Positions 1-6,233 of a stretch of 39,938 bases of DNA are shown here, in pieces; the stretch's first letter is position 1; each line of letters opens with the position of its first letter. The translations under genes and the position numbers were made by a program. Under the pieces are notes generated by a model, which searched no databases, was not told the DNA's origin, and saw only the letters and a list, made by a program, of their open reading frames with translations. Source of the stretch: Candidatus Omnitrophota bacterium (lineage in GTDB: Bacteria; Omnitrophota; Gorgyraeia; JABMRN01; RBG-13-46-9); contig JABMQJ010000004.1 of the NCBI GenBank assembly GCA_013203315.1, forward strand, positions 1-39,938. Reading direction: 5' to 3'.

Positions 1-27
1 GCTCTAACCAAATTGAGCTATGGCCCC
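1..27 (-). tRNA. 5' portion of tRNA(CAT) (Met/Ile2), running off the window edge; probably the restored gene at the island junction
   Basis: Minus strand GGGGCCATAGCTCAATTTGGTTAGAGC = acceptor 5' strand plus D-arm; identical to 5982-6008. Anticodon inferred from the other copy; 3' half not visible. Confidence 0.7.
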
Positions 28-31
28 AGAG

Positions 32-1111
32 TTATAACGTTTTATTTTTCAAAGAGTTATGAGAATCACGTAAACTATCGAAAAAGTTTGTTTTACTCGT
101 TGGTGTCCAAAAAGTGTCCATCTGAAGTCCAAAATTCTCCATTGCTCGGCGTTTATGGTCTCGTGACAAGTGAGAATACCTCAGCGTCATTTTGATGTCC
201 TTATGGCCCAACAGTTCTCTCAAAGTATTTAGTTCACCGCCTGCCATCATAAACTGAGATGCGAAAGTATGCCGCAGGTCGTGAAATCGAAAGTTAAGTA
301 TACCAGATTTGTTTAACGCTTGCAAGAAACTTTTATCCAATTTCCCGTATGGTTTACCGTTCTTCCTGCAAAAGATAAAAGGGCTATTAGGGCGTTTCTC
401 TGTTTTTATAAAGATTTGCTTTACGGTATCGCACATTGGGACTTCTCGTGCCTCGTGGTTCTTCGTTCTTAATACATATATAATACCTTTATTTATATCT
501 ATGTCTCTCCATTTCAAATTGAGAATCTCTCCCCTTCGCATTCCTGTGGATACTGCGACAACCAGAACGGGCTGTAGTGTGGCGTTCGAGTTATCGATGA
601 GAGTTTTTATTTCTTCCTTTTCGAGGTAGCGAAGGCGAGCGTTGTTTTCCCGAAGTTTCTTCACCCTATGGGCTGGATTGATTTCAACCTTCCCCCACTC
701 TATTGCTTTGTTAAACATATGTTTTAAACTAGATAATTCTCTATTAACCGTTGCAGGTGAGACGCTGCTTAATCTCTTTGCCTTATATTGCTCAACTTGC
801 TCCTGAGTTATTGTATGCAATCTTGCGTTGCCGAAAAACTCTTTTGAACGCCTTTGATGAAGTAAGTCAGACCTACGCCAGTCTCTCTTGTTTGGTTTAG
901 CATGAAGTTCAATATAAAGGTCACACAGTTCATAAAAGGTTGTTTTGGATGCTTTCTTAATATCAAGGAAGCGATTTTCTGCCATGGCGAGTTTTCGTTT
1001 GGCAAGCACACTTTCGGCAAGTTTTCGACTTGGGCCAATCTTCTCTCTTTTGCGCTTGCCATGAGCGTAATAATCAATATAATAACTTTTTTCTTTTTTA
1101 TAAATGCTCAC
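32..1111 (-). CDS. phage-type tyrosine recombinase/integrase
   Basis: Catalytic R (TGMRRGE), K (RTKN), HxxR (HDLRH), H (LGH), Y (RYSH); N-terminal arm-binding-like segment (YYIDYYAHGKRKREKIG) and SAM-like core-binding domain (SPATVNRELSSL); GTG start behind AAGGAG. Confidence 0.97.
   Translation of the reverse strand: MSIYKKEKSYYIDYYAHGKRKREKIGPSRKLAESVLAKRKLAMAENRFLDIKKASKTTFYELCDLYIELHAKPNKRDWRRSDLLHQRRSKEFFGNARLHTITQEQVEQYKAKRLSSVSPATVNRELSSLKHMFNKAIEWGKVEINPAHRVKKLRENNARLRYLEKEEIKTLIDNSNATLQPVLVVAVSTGMRRGEILNLKWRDIDINKGIIYVLRTKNHEAREVPMCDTVKQIFIKTEKRPNSPFIFCRKNGKPYGKLDKSFLQALNKSGILNFRFHDLRHTFASQFMMAGGELNTLRELLGHKDIKMTLRYSHLSRDHKRRAMENFGLQMDTFWTPTSKTNFFDSLRDSHNSLKNKTL
101..120. repeat. 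tandem TGGACAC direct repeat pair, putative integrase arm-type binding site (inside int 3' end)
   Basis: tggtgtccaaaaagtgtcca; 19/20 identical to 5828-5847 and similar to 9579-9598. Confidence 0.65.
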
Positions 1112-1158
1112 CTAAACATCTCCTTTACTTTGGTGGTACTTTCAGAACCGTTCCTTAT
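1108..1158 (-). repeat. cassette-junction site J1 (integrase-proximal) plus a degenerate second site ~31 bp upstream
   Basis: Minus strand AAAGTAAAGGAGATGTTTAGGTGA (1108-1131) is a 24-bp exact match to 2592-2615; TAAGGAACGGTTCTG (~1143-1157) resembles the J6 variant TAAAGGAACAGTTTA. Confidence 0.85.
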
Positions 1159-1406
1159 TTTCCAATTTCCTTAAGATCTCTATCTGGCAAATAAAGCATT
1201 AACAGCCCGATAATAATCCCTCCAATAGCCAACGGCAAATGATTGTCTTGAAAAATTAACGTGTCAAAGTAATCAAGAACATACCAAATACCTCGCCAAA
1301 TTAGAACTATGGCAATAACAACAGTAATGTTCTTAGCAAAATAACGAATCGTTTCAAAGATATTCTTTCTCATTATTATCCTCACCTTTCTCTCAAATAC
1401 CTGCAC
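1155..1406 (-). CDS. small 2-TM membrane protein (start may be ATG at 1373)
   Basis: ORF track; two hydrophobic segments, WRGIW motif; AGGTGAGG RBS before ATG 1373. Confidence 0.75.
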   Translation of the reverse strand: MQVFERKVRIIMRKNIFETIRYFAKNITVVIAIVLIWRGIWYVLDYFDTLIFQDNHLPLAIGGIIIGLLMLYLPDRDLKEIGK

Positions 1407-1430
1407 CTCTGCTAACCTGTATCTCCAAAA

Positions 1431-1462
1431 TAAAAAGCAACCCCGTTTTATACAGGATTGCT
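1431..1462 (-). terminator. intrinsic terminator within the array
   Basis: AGCAATCCTGT-ATAAA-ACGGGGTTGCT stem-loop (with G:U pairs) followed by a T run on the minus strand. Confidence 0.7.
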
Positions 1463-1507
1463 TGTCAAAAATTCATTATGCTTTCGCCATATTTTCTTCT
1501 CCATCAT
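1448..1507 (-). CDS. 19-aa mini-ORF MMEKKIWRKHNEFLTSNPV (truncated cassette or leader peptide)
   Basis: Same GGAGGAATGATGGAGAAGAAA start as 2007-2237; stop lies in the terminator loop. Confidence 0.35.
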   Translation of the reverse strand: MMEKKIWRKHNEFLTSNPV

Positions 1508-1540
1508 TCCTCCTATTTAAACTGCTCTCTTACTTTGGGG
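1492..1540 (-). repeat. cassette-junction site J2
   Basis: Minus strand CCCCAAAGTAAGAGAGCAGTTTAAATAGGAGGAATGATGGAGAAGAAAA; 1492-1522 is 30/31 identical to 2222-2252. Confidence 0.85.
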
Positions 1541-1936
1541 CAACATAAACTTTTTCTCATCATAGGTTTTGATTGTGTCGAGTGTTAAAAGTTTTTTAGA
1601 TTTTATCCATACAAAAATTGGTATTACCATTCCAGGAAGAATTAATCCCCCCGTTAGAATGATTTGACATACAATAAAAATCCAAGGCTTAATCTTTATT
1701 ATATCATTTAATTTTAATATTTTTGTCGAGCTATGTAGATACCAAAGAAAAATTATATATATTACTCCAATAAGAAAACCTATGGCAACTATAATCGAGT
1801 CGCCTTTGATACTACCAATACCTTTTGTGTGTAAATTTAAAAATGCCGGCCGAGAAAGTATCCCTACAAGTTGATAAGTTACGATAATTATAAACAAAAT
1901 CTTAAAGGTTTTAATTTCTTTGGGTATTTTTGCCAT
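1517..1936 (-). CDS. hypothetical membrane protein (3-4 TM)
   Basis: ORF track; hydrophobic segments; C-terminus PQSKRAV* is read through site J2. Confidence 0.75.
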   Translation of the reverse strand: MAKIPKEIKTFKILFIIIVTYQLVGILSRPAFLNLHTKGIGSIKGDSIIVAIGFLIGVIYIIFLWYLHSSTKILKLNDIIKIKPWIFIVCQIILTGGLILPGMVIPIFVWIKSKKLLTLDTIKTYDEKKFMLPQSKRAV

Positions 1937-1947
1937 ATTTATCCTCT

Positions 1948-2026
1948 TATCTAAACATCTCCTTTATTCTTGTGCTCCATAAACTGTCGCACTACTTTGG
2001 GACGGGTCATCTAAACACCTTCTTCA
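1948..2026 (-). repeat. cassette-junction cluster J3: three stacked sites
   Basis: GTTTA cores at 1952-1956, 1980-1984 and 2012-2016; tactttgggacgggt (1993-2007) is identical to 3154-3168. Confidence 0.8.
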
Positions 2027-2237
2027 ACTTCTTTGGGTCTAAATAATTGTTTATAAGATACCATAAGCACGTACTGCAATCTTTAATGGGTAGTGTTCTT
2101 TTAAACAAATCTGAGCAATTAGCAATGAACCAACACCTATTGCCATAATTGTGTTTATAGACTTTGCACTTATTTCGTTTTGAAACGGAGCAATGCCAGA
2201 AGTCCCAGCACTTTTTAGACTTTTTCTTCTCCATCAT
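2007..2237 (-). CDS. small Cys-rich two-CW-type domain protein
   Basis: CWDFWHC...CKVY...GNRCWFIA...CSTC pattern. Confidence 0.75.
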   Translation of the reverse strand: MMEKKKSKKCWDFWHCSVSKRNKCKVYKHNYGNRCWFIANCSDLFKRTLPIKDCSTCLWYLINNYLDPKKLKKVFR

Positions 2238-2267
2238 TTCTCCTATTTAAACATCTCCTTTGCTTCG
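2222..2267 (-). repeat. cassette-junction site J4
   Basis: Minus strand GAAGCAAAGGAGATGTTTAAATAGGAGAAATGATGGAGAAGAAAA. Confidence 0.85.
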
Positions 2268-2286
2268 TTTTGTAGAGAGGGTCGTA

Positions 2287-2595
2287 TTATTTCCTTTTCT
2301 TTAGCTTCTCCTTAACTTTTATGCTTGGATAGACAAAGATCGTAAAGATTGTAAGGAGTATAGCGAAAGGTATGATTAAGGGTATAATCGCACTAATGAG
2401 CCATGATAATAAAGTTAAAACAATCAATCCTATAAAAGAAGTAACAAGAAAATTAGAGAAATGTTCTCCATATCCAATATGTTTTTCTTGCTTCACCTTT
2501 TTACTTGGCGTAGTATTAATCAGTGGCTTTCGGCAGCGTAAACAGACTTCCCAAGTATCATCATAGGTTTTGTCACACTTCGGACACTTCTTCAC
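2287..2595 (-). CDS. zinc-ribbon (CPKC...CLRC) membrane protein
   Basis: Two CxxC motifs followed by two TM segments; GTG start supplied by site J5. Confidence 0.8.
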   Translation of the reverse strand: MKKCPKCDKTYDDTWEVCLRCRKPLINTTPSKKVKQEKHIGYGEHFSNFLVTSFIGLIVLTLLSWLISAIIPLIIPFAILLTIFTIFVYPSIKVKEKLKKRK

Positions 2596-2624
2596 CTAAA
2601 CATCTCCTTTACTTTATAGGACGG
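2592..2624 (-). repeat. cassette-junction site J5
   Basis: Minus strand CCGTCCTATAAAGTAAAGGAGATGTTTAGGTGA; contains the stop of 2609-3130 and the RBS/start of 2287-2595. Confidence 0.9.
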
Positions 2625-3130
2625 AGGCATATTTTCAAATGTTCCGCAGGGAAAATATATGCCCAAAACTTTTCATAAGTCATTGGGAAAAGATTAAACA
2701 GTTTATGCAACAAAATTCTTCTGAAAGCCCGATGAAAAGTAATCTCTCTCTTTAATAACTTAAATTTCTTCCCCGTCATCCATTTAATTATTCCGTTTTC
2801 AATGTATCCATCAAAAGCAAAATAGTTAAACCTTAGTTTGTGTTCGGGAACATTTGCACACCACGATGTGTGATGAGGAACTTCTATATAGATGTCGCCA
2901 TCTGGGTCACATATTCTATGCAGTTCAGACATAACGGGAGATAAATCATTTAGATGTTCTAAGATATGATGGCAAACGATTTCCTCAAATTGATTATCTT
3001 TGAATGGCAGAGGTATTATATTCAAATCGTGCACAACATCTGGACTATGTTCTGGGCAAATGTCTAAAGTTATTGAATCTGCGGTTTCTCTGCCTGCACT
3101 TCCCAATATAAGCTTTTTCTTCTCCATCAT
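2609..3130 (-). CDS. class I SAM-dependent methyltransferase (Methyltransf_11-like)
   Basis: LILGSAG motif I, DVVHDL, LPFKDNQFEEI, HILEHL, ELHRI. Confidence 0.85.
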   Translation of the reverse strand: MMEKKKLILGSAGRETADSITLDICPEHSPDVVHDLNIIPLPFKDNQFEEIVCHHILEHLNDLSPVMSELHRICDPDGDIYIEVPHHTSWCANVPEHKLRFNYFAFDGYIENGIIKWMTGKKFKLLKREITFHRAFRRILLHKLFNLFPMTYEKFWAYIFPAEHLKICLRPIK

Positions 3131-3168
3131 TCCTCCTGCTTAAACTGTTCCTTTACTTTGGGACGGGT
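3121..3168 (-). repeat. cassette-junction site J6
   Basis: Minus strand ACCCGTCCCAAAGTAAAGGAACAGTTTAAGCAGGAGGAATGATGGAGA; contains the stop of 3153-3932. Confidence 0.9.
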
Positions 3169-3932
3169 GAGGTAGCTGGAATTATAAACAAAAATAACAC
3201 GGCAAAAGCTATCAAATATACGACAGAAATAATCAACCCTGCCATAGCTAACGATTTACCCCTTAATAACCCATTGCTTTGTTTGATGTCATACAATACT
3301 CTGCCACATACGTAAAAACAGATAATTTGCCCTATAACAGGGACAACAAATGCAACAATTGATAATATTAAAGCAAAAATAGAGGCTCCTGCCAAACGAG
3401 GTTTTCCTTCTTGACGAATTTTTTCAATAGCTTCTTCTACTTCTTTGCTTATAACAAATGTTTTGCAAGCTCTATCGTGCAGCATTCTCCTGTATTTATC
3501 AGTTCTTCCAATGATGGCTGATATAATCAGAACCAAAAAACCGATGTTTTCTAATCCATAAAGTATGTAAAACAAAGACCTTACAAATGCTTTTTTATAT
3601 CCTATGATATTACCCTCTACATCGACAACCTTTACACCCATGATTTTCTTACCGGGGGTTTGGCCTGTTTTTCCAATAAAATAAGTAAAGTACGATAGGA
3701 TGATAAACCACAAGATTATTTGAAGAGGTATAATTTTCTTTATACTTTCATTCTCAAATATTTGCGGAAGGCTCGAAAAATTTCCTCCCGATATTATAAA
3801 GAAATATACAAATAAGACTACAAGAGTCGGCAAAAGCAATACAAATCCGTCAGCAATGTATGCTATGGTTCTTTTCCATAATTTTCCTGTTTGCGTAAAT
3901 TCTCCTTGAAACAATTTTGATTCCTCCATCAT
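3153..3932 (-). CDS. RDD family membrane protein with C-terminal DUF4190-like domain
   Basis: WKRTIAYIAD, GQTPGKKIMGVKVV, MLHD RDD motifs; C-terminal ALILSI...GKSLAMAGLIIS. Confidence 0.9.
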   Translation of the reverse strand: MMEESKLFQGEFTQTGKLWKRTIAYIADGFVLLLPTLVVLFVYFFIISGGNFSSLPQIFENESIKKIIPLQIILWFIILSYFTYFIGKTGQTPGKKIMGVKVVDVEGNIIGYKKAFVRSLFYILYGLENIGFLVLIISAIIGRTDKYRRMLHDRACKTFVISKEVEEAIEKIRQEGKPRLAGASIFALILSIVAFVVPVIGQIICFYVCGRVLYDIKQSNGLLRGKSLAMAGLIISVVYLIAFAVLFLFIIPATSPVPK

Positions 3933-3960
3933 TCCTCCTTTGGTAAACTACCTTCTTCCT
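3924..3960 (-). repeat. cassette-junction site J7 (degenerate, array-distal)
   Basis: Minus strand GAAGAAGGTAGTTTACCAAAGGAGGAATGATGGAG; right half conserved, left half weak. Confidence 0.6.
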
Positions 3961-4267
3961 CAAGTATAGTCTTGAATATCTGGCCAAGCTCAAGGCCGAT
4001 GTAGTCAGGGTTCTGGGCTAACACGTTTTTTAGAATGTATACGTATTCAGGAGAGTTTAATTTGACCTTCACACCTTGTGCCTTGTATCGGTTAATGATG
4101 TTCTCTACTAACTGGATTTGTTCATAATCGTGGAGGTTTAGAAAGGCTTCGGTTGAGGTCTTAGCGTTATACTGTTTGAGAATTCTTTCTCTATCTTCTT
4201 GGGTTTGGGCAAAGGTGAGAGAGGAGATTAAAAGCAGGGCTATAGATATGACTATATACTTCCTCAT
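3929..4267 (-). CDS. secreted hypothetical protein (start MRKYIV at 4267)
   Basis: Signal peptide ending TFA-Q; AAGGAG RBS and promoter upstream of ATG 4267. Confidence 0.8.
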   Translation of the reverse strand: MRKYIVISIALLLISSLTFAQTQEDRERILKQYNAKTSTEAFLNLHDYEQIQLVENIINRYKAQGVKVKLNSPEYVYILKNVLAQNPDYIGLELGQIFKTILEEEGSLPKEE

Positions 4268-4294
4268 ACACCCACTCCTTTGTAGGGTAGACAT

Positions 4295-4323
4295 ATTATA
4301 ACATTACCATGTGTTATTGTGAA
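4295..4323 (-). promoter_or_regulatory. sigma70 promoter facing into the cassette array
   Basis: TTCACA-17 bp-TATAAT; homologous block at 11090-11118. Confidence 0.75.
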
Positions 4324-4364
4324 CTAGGAAATGGGTAGGTTATCTTTTGGCTCTTTAAGAACTA

Positions 4365-5525
4365 TTAGTCAGCCCAGAACTCGTCGTAGAGGCTTGAGCC
4401 AGTAAGCTCGTCGTATAAATCAGAACTATATGTTATCTTTCCTGAAGAATTATAAAGTGCCCATTGCTCCTCTTTGGGTTGTATAGCATTTTCGAGCTTA
4501 TCAATTATGGTTGTATCGCCACCTATAGTTGGTATTACCTCTACCTTAAAGATGTATTCGTCATAAACCTTTTCACCATTCTCGTCTCTCTCAGGCTGTA
4601 TTACGCCAAGAGTTATTATCCATCCACCCTCTTCATCTTCAACAACTTCCAGAGCTTTGCTATTAACTTTCTTTTTATCAGAACCAGGCGCTAATAGAGC
4701 ACTGAGAGCGTTTTTGGCACTTTTTTTGGCCTGGGCTTCGTTCTTGGCAGGGTCAGCGGTAAGGTATGGGGGGTCGGTTGGAACGTCTGATATAACCCAC
4801 TCTGGATTACCATATGCGACACCATGGTGGTTATTGCCCGATATGTCATTAACTGTATCTCCACTACCTTCGTCAAAGTTCCAGCCAGCAACCAAATTTG
4901 ACTCTGAGCCGATAGCCCGTTGATACATCCAATCATTTATTTCTTGCTCAGTCATTCCGTAGTTCCAAAATCTTAATTCATCCATATAGCCATTAAGACC
5001 ACTGCCTAAGCCGCCCCCAGAATCATTTCCAATCTGAAGAGGTGTTTCTAAATCAACTACGGCACCGTCATAGATTCCTTCTGTAATGGTTTGAGGGGCA
5101 CCATCAATCAATATGCTCCAATCGCTAGTTGCTATTCCACGCCTTACCACAGCTATATGATACCAGGTGTCGAGAACGGGCAAATCCCATGTGCACTTAA
5201 CATAGCTTTCATACGGTGGACTCTCCATCGAACCAAAAAAAAGATAGGGTGTTGCTGCACCTTGAGAATGAAACATTCTCATTCTTTGACTAGAATCAAC
5301 CCATTGTCCCAAAATACCAGAATTCCATGAAGACGGCCCTGGAAGGCTGCTAAAATTAATCCAAAAATCTATTGTAAAATTGTTCATCCCAAAAGCCCAA
5401 TCGCCACTATCAGGGACCTCGATATAATCGTCTAATGCATCAAAGCTCATCGCATAGTTATCTTGTGCATACACATTAACTCCAAACAAAAGAACCACCG
5501 CTAATACTAAAATTAATCTTTTCAT
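4365..5525 (-). CDS. secreted LamG/concanavalin A-like (pentraxin-type) domain protein
   Basis: Signal peptide; FTIDFWI, WYHIAVV, LQIG, GYMDELRFWN, WNFDEGSG motifs. Confidence 0.9.
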   Translation of the reverse strand: MKRLILVLAVVLLFGVNVYAQDNYAMSFDALDDYIEVPDSGDWAFGMNNFTIDFWINFSSLPGPSSWNSGILGQWVDSSQRMRMFHSQGAATPYLFFGSMESPPYESYVKCTWDLPVLDTWYHIAVVRRGIATSDWSILIDGAPQTITEGIYDGAVVDLETPLQIGNDSGGGLGSGLNGYMDELRFWNYGMTEQEINDWMYQRAIGSESNLVAGWNFDEGSGDTVNDISGNNHHGVAYGNPEWVISDVPTDPPYLTADPAKNEAQAKKSAKNALSALLAPGSDKKKVNSKALEVVEDEEGGWIITLGVIQPERDENGEKVYDEYIFKVEVIPTIGGDTTIIDKLENAIQPKEEQWALYNSSGKITYSSDLYDELTGSSLYDEFWAD

Positions 5526-5630
5526 ATCAAGCCTCCATTAAATAAAAAAAACAACCATTTTTCTGGTTGCTTAACGTTATTATAATACACTGCCCCATAA
5601 TTCATAAACCACTCCTTTGTGGTAGGTATT

Positions 5631-5660
5631 ATTCTACGCTCATGTCATAGTAACTGTCAA
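5631..5660 (-). promoter_or_regulatory. sigma70 promoter at the distal end of the island
   Basis: TTGACA-18 bp-TAGAAT followed by a CTACCACAAAGGAGTGG leader similar to the one at ~4272-4290. Confidence 0.65.
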
Positions 5661-5827
5661 GGGGTTTCTAAAAAAGTGGTATCGGCGGGGAAATCGATTC
5701 TAATACATAGATATAGTGAGCAGTTAAGTGGGGTGGCTACCCTTTTTTACTCCAGCTAAAGACTTCCTTTTGTATGTATGCTACAGGAATGGTTTACCAA
5801 AATCTGGCTTCGGCGTGGAGTGCTATC

Positions 5828-5965
5828 TGGTGTCCAAATAGTGTCCAGTCAGCATCCAAAAAGGCCCTAATTGACCCTAATTGAGCCTAATTGAAAATTG
5901 TCGTAAGTCTTTATGGAATAACGTAATTAGGTGAGATTATTGAAGTTACAGAAATTGGCTTTTTG
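5828..5965. repeat. island end (att arm): TGGACAC pair plus three tandem 10-bp CCCTAATTGA repeats (5865-5894)
   Basis: Seen directly; the whole block is paralogous to 9579-9720. Confidence 0.75.
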
Positions 5966-5968
5966 GGC

Positions 5969-6008
5969 TTATGAGTCAGATGCTCTAACCAAATTGAGCT
6001 ATGGCCCC
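5969..6008 (-). tRNA. tRNA(CAT) 5' half fragment, interrupted after the anticodon loop (att site)
   Basis: GGGGCCATAGCTCAATTTGGTTAGAGCATCTGA-CTCATAA then GCCCA instead of the expected TCAGA; no T-arm; lacks the initiator GGG/CCC stem, so elongator Met or Ile2. Confidence 0.85.
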
Positions 6009-6084
6009 AAATTCGCGAAGCGAATTTGATCCTGCGGAATGTTGCAAATCCAACCCATTGGAGGATTTGTTATTCCGAAGGACC
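6009..6084. repeat. palindromes adjacent to the tRNA fragment
   Basis: CAAATTCGC-GAA-GCGAATTTG hairpin followed by a nested CGGAAT..CAAATCC....GGATTTG..ATTCCG hairpin. Confidence 0.55.
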
Positions 6085-6233
6085 TTAAGATTTGCCGGGG
6101 GACACCTTTAAGTTCAGATTCGTGGACAGATTGAACGGAGAATCGCAAACGGTACAAGATCGTACAAAATTATACATCAGATAGGAATTGCAAGGCAGGT
6201 GTAAGTTTACTGCGGGAACCATACCGAATAAGA

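Larger units (their letters stand above)
1..6008 (-). mobile_element. tRNA(CAT)-integrated genomic island with tyrosine integrase and cassette-like gene array (left boundary at or beyond window edge)
   Basis: 28-bp exact direct repeat 1-28 = 5982-6009 (tRNA 5' portion); integrase at one end; paired TGGACAC arm-like sites near both ends (101-120, 5828-5847); all cargo co-oriented and AT-rich. Confidence 0.85.

Noticed and set aside
1948-2026. CRISPR array
   Set aside because: Only three degenerate short units, no constant repeat/spacer structure, and no cas genes in the window.
1108-3960. XerC/D dif (pdif) modules
   Set aside because: ATGTTTAAAT loosely resembles the XerD arm TTATGTTAAAT, but the 11-6-11 dif layout and XerC arm are not matched; action of a host Xer recombinase cannot be fully excluded.
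32-4300. Classical integron (IntI plus attC)
   Set aside because: No RYYYAAC...GTTRRRY hairpins of attC length at the junctions; the integrase has a phage-type N-terminus, no evident IntI-specific insertion, and is co-oriented downstream of the array.
1-6008. Prophage
   Set aside because: No structural, packaging, replication or repressor genes; integrase plus cargo only.
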